In this document: one piece after another, positions 28,201 to 41,300 of the stretch | Layout: each line of letters starts with the position of its first letter | Position numbering within the stretch: position 1 is the first letter of the stretch | NCBI GenBank assembly: GCA_964016885.1 | Contig: CAXHJY010000763.1 | Span: forward strand, 35,001 to 99,000 | Length of the DNA stretch: 64,000 bases | Direction: 5' to 3' | Source of the DNA: Eledone cirrhosa | Lineage: Eukaryota | Translations under genes and position numbers: made by a program | The notes under the pieces: generated by a model | What the model saw: the letters and a program-made list of their open reading frames with translations, nothing else | What the model was told of the DNA's origin: nothing | The model's database searches: none

Positions 28201-29769
28201 TTTTTCTTGAACATCACACCACACACAGCCAATGAGTGTCTGCACATATACCAGTAATTACAGATCGATCCGACCACGGGCGGCCGGCCCACGATCGAAA
28301 AGGTAACTCCGCCGGCAAATTCGCATTTTTGTGATTCGTTTCTTCGAAGCACACCATTCGCTGGTGGACTTCAGCTTCCTCATTTAGCATGGGCAGCTTT
28401 TCTTGAAAATCACACCACACACAGCCAATGAGTGTCTGCACATATACCAGTAATTACAGATCGATCCGACCACAGGCGGCCGGCCCACGATCGAAAAGGT
28501 AACTCCGCCGGCAAATTCGCATTTTTGTGATTCGTTTCTTCGAAGCACACCATTCTTGGGTAGACTTCAGCTTCCGCATTTAGCATGGGCAGCTTTTCTT
28601 GAAAATCACACCACACACAGCAAATGTGTGTCTGCACATGGACCAGTAATTACAGATCGATCCGACCATAGGCGGCCGGCCCACGATCGAAAAGGTAACT
28701 CCGCCAGCAAATTCGCATTTTTGTGATTCGTTTCTTCGAAGCACACCATTCGCTGGTGGACTTCAGCTTCCGCATTTAGCATGGGCAACGTTTCGTGAAA
28801 ATCACACCACACAGAGCAAATGTGTGTCTGCACATGGACCAGTAATTACAGATCGATCCGACCACAGGCGGCCGGCCCACGATCGAAAAGGTAACTCCGC
28901 CGGTAAATAGTCATTTTTGTGATTCGTTTTCTTCGAAGCACACCATTCGCCGCCGGACTTTAGCTTCCTCATTTAGCATGGGTAGTTTTTCTTGAAAATC
29001 ACACCACACACCGGCAATGAGTGTCTGCACATGCACCAGTAATTACAAATCGATCCGACCACGGGCGGCCGGCCACGATCGAAAAGGTAACTCCGCCGGC
29101 AAATTCGCATTTTTGTGATTCGTTTCTTCGAAGCACACCATTCGCTGGTGGACTTCAGCTTCCTCATTTAGCATGGGCAGCTTTTTTTGAAAATCACACC
29201 ACACACAGCCAATGAGTGTCTGCACATATACCAGTAATTACAGATCGATCCGACCACGGGCGGCCGGCCCACGATCGGAAAGGTAACTCCGCCGGCAAAT
29301 TCGCATTTTTGTGATTCGTTTCTTCGAAGCACACCATTCGCTGGTAGACTTCAGCTTCCGCATTTAGCATGGGCAGCGTTTCTTGAAAATCACACCACAC
29401 ACAGTCAATGAGTGTCTGCACATATACCAGTAATTACAGATCGATCCGACCACAGGCGGCCGGCCCACGATCGAAAAGGTAACTCCGCCGGCAAATTCGC
29501 ATTTTTGTGATTCGTTTCTTCGAAGCACACCATTCGCTGGTGGACTTCAGCTTCCGCATTTAGCATGGGCAGCTGTTCTTGAAAATCACACCACACACAG
29601 CAAATGTGTGTCTGCACATGGACCAGTAATTACAGATCGATCCGACCATAGGCGGCCGGCCCACGATCGAAAAGGTAACTCCGCCGGCAAATTCGCATTT
29701 TTGTGATTCGTTTCTTCGAAGCACACCATTCGCTGGTGGACTTCAGCTTCCGCATTTAGCATGGGCAAC
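19299..29769 (+). repeat. First copy of a ~10.5-kb (53-monomer) block, repeated at 35371-45841
   Basis: Nine long-monomer markers and private SNPs (CCATGGG+TCGGAA ~19655, GATTCGACCACG 20430, CAATGGGTG ~20787, GACAAT 23132) all recur at offset 16072 = 82x196. ORF translations match in order. Confidence 0.9.
26072..27443 (+). repeat. Representative 7-monomer (1372-bp) higher-order repeat unit: short, 196, TCTCCAC type, long, 196, AAATGTG type, AAATTTG type
   Basis: The long-monomer marker is spaced exactly 1372 bp at 15967/17339/18711, 25375/26747/28119 and 41447/42819/44191. The same monomer-type order recurs in full between the first two markers of each series and in part after them. Confidence 0.8.
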
Positions 29770-32700
29770 GTTTCGTGAAAATCACACCACACAGAGCAAA
29801 TGTGTGTCTGCACATGGACCAGTAATTACAGATCGATCCGACCACAGGCGGCCGGCCCACGATCGAAAAGGTAACTCCGCCGGTAAATAGTCATTTTTGT
29901 GATTCGTTTTCTTCGAAGCACACCATTCGCCGCCGGACTTTAGCTTCCTCATTTAGCATGGGTAGTTTTTCTTGAAAATCACACCACACACCGGCAATGA
30001 GTGTCTGCACATGCACCAGTAATTACAAATCGATCCGACCACGGGCGGCCGGCCACGATCGAAAAGGTAACTCCGCCGGCAAATTCGCATTTTTGTGATT
30101 CGTTTCTTCGAAGCACACCATTCGCTGGTGGACTTCAGCTTCCTCATTTAGCATGGGCAGCTTTTTTTGAAAATCACACCACACACAGCCAATGAGTGTC
30201 TGCACATATACCAGTAATTACAGATCGATCCGACCACGGGCGGCCGGCCCACGATCGGAAAGGTAACTCCGCCGGCAAATTCGCATTTTTGTGATTCGTT
30301 TCTTCGAAGCACACCATTCGCTGGTGGACTTCAGCTTCCGCATTTAGCATGGGCAGCTGTTCTTGAAAATCACACCACACACAGCAAATGTGTGTCTGCA
30401 CATGGACCAGTAATTACAGATCGATCCGACCATAGGCGGCCGGCCCACGATCGAAAAGGTAACTCCGCCGGCAAATTCGCATTTTTGTGATTCGTTTCTT
30501 CGAAGCACACCATTCGCTGGTGGACTTCAGCTTCCGCATTTAGCATGGGCAACTTTTCTTGAAAATCACACCACACACAGGCAATGAGTGTCTGCACATG
30601 TACCAGTAATTACAAATCGATCCGACCACGGGCGGCCGGCCACGATCGAAAAGGTAACTCCGCCGGCAAATTCGCATTTTTGTGATTCGTTTCTTCGAAG
30701 CACACCATTCGCTGGTGGACTTCAGCTTCCTCATTTAGCATGGGCAGCTTTTCTTGAAAATCACACCACACACAGCCAATGAGTGTCTGCACATATACCA
30801 GTAATTACAGATCGATCCGACCACGGGCGGCCGGCCCACGATCGAAAAGGTAACTCCGCCGGCAAATTCGCATTTTTGTGATTCGTTTCTTCGAAGCACA
30901 CCATTCGCTGGTGGACTTCAGCTTCCGCATTTAGCATGGGCAGCTTTTCTTGAAAATCACACCACACACTGCAAATGTGTGTCTGCACATGGACCAGTAA
31001 TTACAGATCGATCCGACCATAGGCGGCCGGCCCACGATCGAAAAGGTAACTCCGCCGGCAAATTCGCATTTTTGTGATTCGTTTCTTCGAAGCACACCAT
31101 TCGCTGCTGGACTTCAGCTTCCGCATTTAGCATGGGCAGCTTTTCTTGAACATCACACCACACACAGCCAATGAGTGTCTGCACATATACCAGTAATTAC
31201 AGATCGATCCGACCAGAGGCGGCCGGCCCACGATCGAAAAGGTAACTCCGCCGGTAAATAGTCATTTTTGTGATTCGTTTTCTTCGAAGCACACCATTCG
31301 CCACCGGACTTCAGCTTCCTCATTTAGCATGGGCAGTTTTTCTTGAACATCACACCACACACAGCCAATGAGTGTCTGCACATATACCAGTAATTACAGA
31401 TCGATCCGACCACGGGCGGCCGGCCCACGATCGAAAAGGTAACTCCGCCGGCAAATTCGCATTTTTGTGATTCGTTTCTTCGAAGCACACCATTCGCTGG
31501 TGGACTTCAGCTTCCGCATTTAGCATGGGCAGCTTTTCTTGAAAATCACACCACACACAGCAAATGTGTGTCTGCACATGGACCAGTAATTACAGATCGA
31601 TCCGACCATAGGCGGCCGGCCCACGATCGAAAAGGTAACTCCGCCGGCAAATTCGCATTTTTGTGATTCGTTTCTTCGAAGCACACCATTCGCTGGTGGA
31701 CTTCAGCTTCCGCATTTAGCATGGGCAGCTTTTCTTGAAAATCACACCACACACAGCAAATTTGTGTTTGCACATGGACCAGTAATTACAGATCGATCCG
31801 ACCATAGGCGGCCGGCCCACGATCGAAAAGGTAACTCCGCCGGCAAATTCGCATTTTTGTGATTCGTTTCTTCGAAGCACACCATTCGCTGGTGGACTTC
31901 AGCTTCCGCATTTAGCATGGGCAACTTTTCTTGAAAATCACACCACACACAGGCAATGAGTGTCTGCACATGTACCAGTAATTACAAATCGATCCGACCA
32001 CGGGCGGCCGGCCACGATCGAAAAGGTAACTCCGCCGGCAAATTCGCATTTTTGTGATTCGTTTCTTCGAAGCACACCATTCGCTGGTGGACTTCAGCTT
32101 CCTCATTTAGCATGGGCAGCTTTTCTTGAACATCACACCACACACAGCCAATGAGTGTCTGCACATATACCAGTAATTACAGATCGATCCGACCACGGGC
32201 GGCCGGCCCACGATCGAAAAGGTAACTCCGCCGGCAAATTCGCATTTTTGTGATTCGTTTCTTCGAAGCACACCATTCGCTGGTGGACTTCAGCTTCCGC
32301 ATTTAGCATGGGCAGCTTTTCTTGAACATCACACCACACACAGCCAATGAGTGTCTCCACATATACCAGTAATTACAGATCGATCCGACCACGGGCGGCC
32401 GGCCCACGATCGAAAAGGTAACTCCGCCGGCAAATTCGCATTTTTGTGATTCGTTTCTTCGAAGCACACCATTCGCTGGTAGACTTCAGCTTCCGCATTT
32501 AGCATGGGCAGCGTTTCTTGAAAATCACACCACACACAGTCAATGAGTGTCTGCACATATACCACTAATTACAGATCGATCCGACCAGAGGCGGCCGGCC
32601 CACGATCGAAAAGGTAACTCCGCCGGTAAATAGTCATTTTTGTGATTCGTTTTCTTCGAAGCACACCATTCGCCACCGGACTTCAGCTTCCTCATTTAGC

Positions 32701-35370
32701 ATGGGCAGTTTTTCTTGAACATCACACCACACACAGCCAATGAGTGTCTGCACATATACCAGTAATTACAGATCGATCCGACCACGGGCGGCCGGCCCAC
32801 GATCGAAAAGGTAACTCCGCCGGCAAATTCGCATTTTTGTGATTCGTTTCTTCGAAGCACACCATTCGCTGGTGGACTTCAGCTTCCGCATTTAGTATGG
32901 GCACCTTTTCTTGAAAATCACACCACACACAGCAAATTTGTGTTTGCACATGGACCAGTAATTACAGATCGATCCGACCATAGGCGGCCGGCCCACGATC
33001 GAAAAGGTAACTCCGCCGGCAAATTCGCATTTTTGTGATTCGTTTCTTCGAAGCACACCATTCGCTGGTGGACTTCAGCTTCCGCATTTAGCATGGGCAA
33101 CATTTCTTGAAAATCACACCACACACAGGCAATGAGTGTCTGCACATGTACCAGTAATTACAAATCGATCCGACCACGGGCGGCCGGCCACGATTGAAAA
33201 GGTAACTCCGCCGGCAAATTCGCATTTTTGTGATTCGTTTCTTCGAAGCACACCATTCGCTGGTGGACTTCAGCCTCCTCATTTAGCATGGGCAGCTTTT
33301 CTTGAACATCACACCACACACAGCCAATGAGTGTCTGCACATATACCAGTAATTACAGATCGATCCGACCACGGGCGGCCGGCCCACGATCGAAAAGGTA
33401 ACTCCGCCGGCAAATTCGCATTTTTGTGATTCGTTTCTTCGAAGCACACCATTCGCTGGTGGACTTCAGCTTCCGCATTTAGCATAGGCAGCTTTTCTTG
33501 AACATCACACCACACACAGCCAATGAGTGTCTCCACATATACCAGTAATTACAGATCGATCCGACCACGGGCGGCCGGCCCACGATCGAAAAGGTAACTC
33601 CGCCGGCAAATTCGCATTTTTGTGATTCGTTTCTTCGAAGCACACCATTCGCTGGTAGACTTCAGCTTCCGCATTTAGCATGGGCAGCGTTTCTTGAAAA
33701 TCACACCACACACAGTCAATGAGTGTCTGCACATATACCACTAATTACAGATCGATCCGACCACAGGCGGCCGGCCCACGATCGAAAAGGTAACTCCGCC
33801 GGTAAATAGTCATTTTTGTGATTCGTTTTCTTCGAAGCACACCATTCGCCGCCGGACTTCAGCTTCCTCATTTAGCATGGGCAGTTTTTCTTGAACATCA
33901 CACCACACACAGCCAATGAGTGTCTGCACATATACCAGTAATTACAGATCGATCCGACCACGGGCGGCCGGCCCACGATCGAAAAGGTAACTCCGCCGGC
34001 AAATTCGCATTTTTGTGATTCGTTTCTTCGAAGCACACCATTCGCTGGTGGACTTCAGCTTCCTCATTTAGCATGGGCAGCTTTTCTTGAAAATCACACC
34101 ACACACAGCCAATGAGTGTCTGCACATATACCAGTAATTACAGATCGATCCGACCACAGGCGGCCGGCCCACGATCGAAAAGGTAACTCCGCCGGCAAAT
34201 TCGCATTTTTGTGATTCGTTTCTTCGAAGCACACCATTCTTGGGTAGACTTCAGCTTCCGCATTTAGCATGGGCAGCTTTTCTTGAAAATCACACCACAC
34301 ACAGCAAATGTGTGTCTGCACATGGACCAGTAATTACAGATCGATCCGACCATAGGCGGCCGGCCCACGATCGAAAAGGTAACTCCGCCAGCAAATTCGC
34401 ATTTTTGTGATTCGTTTCTTCGAAGCACACCATTCGCTGGTGGACTTCAGCTTCCGCATTTAGCATGGGCAACGTTTCGTGAAAATCACACCACACAGAG
34501 CAAATGTGTGTCTGCACATGGACCAGTAATTACAGATCGATCCGACCACAGGCGGCCGGCCCACGATCGAAAAGGTAACTCCGCCGGTAAATAGTCATTT
34601 TTGTGATTCGTTTTCTTCGAAGCACACCATTCGCCGCCGGACTTTAGCTTCCTCATTTAGCATGGGTAGTTTTTCTTGAAAATCACACCACACACCGGCA
34701 ATGAGTGTCTGCACATGCACCAGTAATTACAAATCGATCCGACCACGGGCGGCCGGCCACGATCGAAAAGGTAACTCCGCCGGCAAATTCGCATTTTTGT
34801 GATTCGTTTCTTCGAAGCACACCATTCGCTGGTGGACTTCAGCTTCCTCATTTAGCATGGGCAGCTTTTTTTGAAAATCACACCACACACAGCCAATGAG
34901 TGTCTGCACATATACCAGTAATTACAGATCGATCCGACCACGGGCGGCCGGCCCACGATCGGAAAGGTAACTCCGCCGGCAAATTCGCATTTTTGTGATT
35001 CGTTTCTTCGAAGCACACCATTCGCTGGTAGACTTCAGCTTCCGCATTTAGCATGGGCAGCGTTTCTTGAAAATCACACCACACACAGTCAATGAGTGTC
35101 TGCACATATACCAGTAATTACAGATCGATCCGACCACAGGCGGCCGGCCCACGATCGAAAAGGTAACTCCGCCGGCAAATTCGCATTTTTGTGATTCGTT
35201 TCTTCGAAGCACACCATTCGCTGGTGGACTTCAGCTTCCGCATTTAGCATGGGCAGCTGTTCTTGAAAATCACACCACACACAGCAAATGTGTGTCTGCA
35301 CATGGACCAGTAATTACAGATCGATCCGACCATAGGCGGCCGGCCCACGATCGAAAAGGTAACTCCGCCG
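29687..35370 (+). repeat. Tandem copy (Y') of the 30-monomer block 23807-29686, lacking one monomer
   Basis: Offsets are 5880 (24004/29884, 25375/31255, 26747/32627) and then 5684 (28119/33803, 28904/34588) after the fused monomer at 32736. Confidence 0.9.
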
Positions 35371-38300
35371 GCAAATTCGCATTTTTGTGATTCGTTTCTT
35401 CGAAGCACACCATTCGCTGGTGGACTTCAGCTTCCGCATTTAGCATGGGCAACGTTTCGTGAAAATCACACCACACAGAGCAAATGTGTGTCTGCACATG
35501 GACCAGTAATTACAGATCGATCCGACCACAGGCGGCCGGCCCACGATCGAAAAGGTAACTCCGCCGGTAAATAGTCATTTTTGTGATTCGTTTTCTTCGA
35601 AGCACACCATTCGCCGCCGGACTTTAGCTTCCTCATTTAGCATGGGTAGTTTTTCTTGAAAATCACACCACACACAGCCAATGAGTGTCTGCACATATAC
35701 CAGTAATTACAGATCGATCCGACCATGGGCGGCCGGCCCACGATCGGAAAGGTAACTCCGCCGGCAAATTCGCATTTTTGTGATTCGTTTCTTCGAAGCA
35801 CACCATTCGCTGGTAGACTTCAGCTTCCGCATTTAGCATGGGCAGCGTTTCTTGAAAATCACACCACACACAGTCAATGAGTGTCTGCACATATACCAGT
35901 AATTACAGATCGATCCGACCACAGGCGGCCGGCCCACGATCGAAAAGGTAACTCCGCCGGCAAATTCGCATTTTTGTGATTCGTTTCTTCGAAGCACACC
36001 ATTCGCTGGTGGACTTCAGCTTCCGCATTTAGCATGGGCAGCTGTTCTTGAAAATCACACCACACACAGCAAATGTGTGTCTGCACATGGACCAGTAATT
36101 ACAGATCGATCCGACCATAGGCGGCCGGCCCACGATCGAAAAGGTAACTCCGCCGGCAAATTCGCATTTTTGTGATTCGTTTCTTCGAAGCACACCATTC
36201 GCTGGTGGACTTCAGCTTCCGCATTTAGCATGGGCAACTTTTCTTGAAAATCACACCACACACAGGCAATGAGTGTCTGCACATGTACCAGTAATTACAA
36301 ATCGATCCGACCACGGGCGGCCGGCCACGATCGAAAAGGTAACTCCGCCGGCAAATTCGCATTTTTGTGATTCGTTTCTTCGAAGCACACCATTCGCTGG
36401 TGGACTTCAGCTTCCTCATTTAGCATGGGCAGCTTTTCTTGAAAATCACACCACACACAGCCAATGAGTGTCTGCACATATACCAGTAATTACAGATCGA
36501 TTCGACCACGGGCGGCCGGCCCACGATCGAAAAGGTAACTCCGCCGGCAAATTCGCATTTTTGTGATTCGTTTCTTCGAAGCACACCATTCGCTGGTGGA
36601 CTTCAGCTTCCGCATTTAGCATGGGCAGCTTTTCTTGAAAATCACACCACACACTGCAAATGTGTGTTTGCACATGGACCAGTAATTACAGATCGATCCG
36701 ACCATAGGCGGCCGGCCCACGATCGAAAAGGTAACTCCGCCGGCAAATTCGCATTTTTGTGATTCGTTTCTTCGAAGCACACCATTCGCTGGTGGACTTC
36801 AGCTTCCGCATTTAGCATGGGCAACTTTTCTTGAAAATCACACCACACACAGGCAATGGGTGTCTGCACATGTACCAGTAATTACAAATCGATCCGACCA
36901 CGGGCGGCCGGCCACGATCGAAAAGGTAACTCCGCCGGCAAATTCGCATTTTTGTGATTCGTTTCTTCGAAGCACACCATTCGCTGGTGGACTTCAGCCT
37001 CCTCATTTAGCATGGGCAGCTTTTCTTGAACATCACACCACACACAGCCAATGAGTGTCTGCACATATACCAGTAATTACAGATCGATCCGACCACGGGC
37101 GGCCGGCCCACGATCGAAAAGGTAACTCCGCCGGCAAATTCGCATTTTTGTGATTCGTTTCTTCGAAGCACACCATTCGCTGGTGGACTTCAGCTTCCGC
37201 ATTTAGCATAGGCAGCTTTTCTTGAACATCACACCACACACAGCCAATGAGTGTCTCCACATATACCAGTAATTACAGATCGATCCGACCACGGGCGGCC
37301 GGCCCACGATCGAAAAGGTAACTCCGCCGGCAAATTCGCATTTTTGTGATTCGTTTCTTCGAAGCACACCATTCGCTGGTAGACTTCAGCTTCCGCATTT
37401 AGCATGGGCAGCGTTTCTTGAAAATCACACCACACACAGTCAATGAGTGTCTGCACATATACCACTAATTACAGATCGATCCGACCACAGGCGGCCGGCC
37501 CACGATCGAAAAGGTAACTCCGCCGGTAAATAGTCATTTTTGTGATTCGTTTTCTTCGAAGCACACCATTCGCCGCCGGACTTCAGCTTCCTCATTTAGC
37601 ATGGGCAGTTTTTCTTGAACATCACACCACACACAGCCAATGAGTGTCTGCACATATACCAGTAATTACAGATCGATCCGACCACGGGCGGCCGGCCCAC
37701 GATCGAAAAGGTAACTCCGCCGGCAAATTCGCATTTTTGTGATTCGTTTCTTCGAAGCACACCATTCGCTGGTGGACTTCAGCTTCCTCATTTAGCATGG
37801 GCAGCTTTTCTTGAAAATCACACCACACACAGCCAATGAGTGTCTGCACATATACCAGTAATTACAGATCGATCCGACCACAGGCGGCCGGCCCACGATC
37901 GAAAAGGTAACTCCGCCGGCAAATTCGCATTTTTGTGATTCGTTTCTTCGAAGCACACCATTCTTGGGTAGACTTCAGCTTCCGCATTTAGCATGGGCAG
38001 CTTTTCTTGAAAATCACACCACACACAGCAAATGTGTGTCTGCACATGGACCAGTAATTACAGATCGATCCGACCACAGGCGGCCGGCCCACGATCGAAA
38101 AGGTAACTCCGCCGGTAAATAGTCATTTTTGTGATTCGTTTTCTTCGAAGCACACCATTCGCCGCCGGACTTTAGCTTCCTCATTTAGCATGGGTAGTTT
38201 TTCTTGAAAATCACACCACACACCGGCAATGAGTGTCTGCACATGCACCAGTAATTACAAATCGATCCGACCACGGGCGGCCGGCCACGATCGAAAAGGT

Positions 38301-41300
38301 AACTCCGCCGGCAAATTCGCATTTTTGTGATTCGTTTCTTCGAAGCACACCATTCGCTGGTGGACTTCAGCTTCCTCATTTAGCATGGGCAGCTTTTTTT
38401 GAAAATCACACCACACACAGCCAATGAGTGTCTGCACATATACCAGTAATTACAGATCGATCCGACCACGGGCGGCCGGCCCACGATCGGAAAGGTAACT
38501 CCGCCGGCAAATTCGCATTTTTGTGATTCGTTTCTTCGAAGCACACCATTCGCTGGTGGACTTCAGCTTCCGCATTTAGCATGGGCAGCTGTTCTTGAAA
38601 ATCACACCACACACAGCAAATGTGTGTCTGCACATGGACCAGTAATTACAGATCGATCCGACCATAGGCGGCCGGCCCACGATCGAAAAGGTAACTCCGC
38701 CGGCAAATTCGCATTTTTGTGATTCGTTTCTTCGAAGCACACCATTCGCTGGTGGACTTCAGCTTCCGCATTTAGCATGGGCAACTTTTCTTGAAAATCA
38801 CACCACACACAGGCAATGAGTGTCTGCACATGTACCAGTAATTACAAATCGATCCGACCACGGGCGGCCGGCCACGATCGAAAAGGTAACTCCGCCGGCA
38901 AATTCGCATTTTTGTGATTCGTTTCTTCGAAGCACACCATTCGCTGGTGGACTTCAGCTTCCTCATTTAGCATGGGCAGCTTTTCTTGAAAATCACACCA
39001 CACACAGCCAATGAGTGTCTCCACATATACCAGTAATTACAGATCGATCCGACCACGGGCGGCCGGCCCACGATCGAAAAGGTAACTCCGCCGGCAAATT
39101 CGCATTTTTGTGATTCGTTTCTTCGAAGCACACCATTCGCTGGTAGACTTCAGCTTCCGCATTTAGCATGGGCAGCGTTTCTTGAAAATCACACCACACA
39201 CAGACAATGAGTGTCTGCACATATACCACTAATTACAGATCGATCCGACCACAGGCGGCCGGCCCACGATCGAAAAGGTAACTCCGCCGGTAAATAGTCA
39301 TTTTTGTGATTCGTTTTCTTCGAAGCACACCATTCGCCGCCGGACTTCAGCTTCCTCATTTAGCATGGGCAGTTTTTCTTGAACATCACACCACACACAG
39401 CCAATGAGTGTCTGCACATATACCAGTAATTACAGATCGATCCGACCACGGGCGGCCGGCCCACGATCGAAAAGGTAACTCCGCCGGCAAATTCGCATTT
39501 TTGTGATTCGTTTCTTCGAAGCACACCATTCGCTGGTGGACTTCAGCTTCCTCATTTAGCATGGGCAGCTTTTCTTGAAAATCACACCACACACAGCCAA
39601 TGAGTGTCTGCACATATACCAGTAATTACAGATCGATCCGACCACAGGCGGCCGGCCCACGATCGAAAAGGTAACTCCGCCGGCAAATTCGCATTTTTGT
39701 GATTCGTTTCTTCGAAGCACACCATTCTTGGGTAGACTTCAGCTTCCGCATTTAGCATGGGCAGCTTTTCTTGAAAATCACACCACACACAGCAAATGTG
39801 TGTCTGCACATGGACCAGTAATTACAGATCGATCCGACCATAGGCGGCCGGCCCACGATCGAAAAGGTAACTCCGCCAGCAAATTCGCATTTTTGTGATT
39901 CGTTTCTTCGAAGCACACCATTCGCTGGTGGACTTCAGCTTCCGCATTTAGCATGGGCAACGTTTCGTGAAAATCACACCACACAGAGCAAATGTGTGTC
40001 TGCACATGGACCAGTAATTACAGATCGATCCGACCACAGGCGGCCGGCCCACGATCGAAAAGGTAACTCCGCCGGTAAATAGTCATTTTTGTGATTCGTT
40101 TTCTTCGAAGCACACCATTCGCCGCCGGACTTTAGCTTCCTCATTTAGCATGGGTAGTTTTTCTTGAAAATCACACCACACACCGGCAATGAGTGTCTGC
40201 ACATGCACCAGTAATTACAAATCGATCCGACCACGGGCGGCCGGCCACGATCGAAAAGGTAACTCCGCCGGCAAATTCGCATTTTTGTGATTCGTTTCTT
40301 CGAAGCACACCATTCGCTGGTGGACTTCAGCTTCCTCATTTAGCATGGGCAGCTTTTTTTGAAAATCACACCACACACAGCCAATGAGTGTCTGCACATA
40401 TACCAGTAATTACAGATCGATCCGACCACGGGCGGCCGGCCCACGATCGGAAAGGTAACTCCGCCGGCAAATTCGCATTTTTGTGATTCGTTTCTTCGAA
40501 GCACACCATTCGCTGGTGGACTTCAGCTTCCGCATTTAGCATGGGCAGCTGTTCTTGAAAATCACACCACACACAGCAAATGTGTGTCTGCACATGGACC
40601 AGTAATTACAGATCGATCCGACCATAGGCGGCCGGCCCACGATCGAAAAGGTAACTCCGCCGGCAAATTCGCATTTTTGTGATTCGTTTCTTCGAAGCAC
40701 ACCATTCGCTGGTGGACTTCAGCTTCCGCATTTAGCATGGGCAACTTTTCTTGAAAATCACACCACACACAGGCAATGAGTGTCTGCACATGTACCAGTA
40801 ATTACAAATCGATCCGACCACGGGCGGCCGGCCACGATCGAAAAGGTAACTCCGCCGGCAAATTCGCATTTTTGTGATTCGTTTCTTCGAAGCACACCAT
40901 TCGCTGGTGGACTTCAGCTTCCTCATTTAGCATGGGCAGCTTTTCTTGAAAATCACACCACACACAGCCAATGAGTGTCTGCACATATACCAGTAATTAC
41001 AGATCGATCCGACCACGGGCGGCCGGCCCACGATCGAAAAGGTAACTCCGCCGGCAAATTCGCATTTTTGTGATTCGTTTCTTCGAAGCACACCATTCGC
41101 TGGTGGACTTCAGCTTCCGCATTTAGCATGGGCAGCTTTTCTTGAAAATCACACCACACACTGCAAATGTGTGTCTGCACATGGACCAGTAATTACAGAT
41201 CGATCCGACCATAGGCGGCCGGCCCACGATCGAAAAGGTAACTCCGCCGGCAAATTCGCATTTTTGTGATTCGTTTCTTCGAAGCACACCATTCGCTGCT

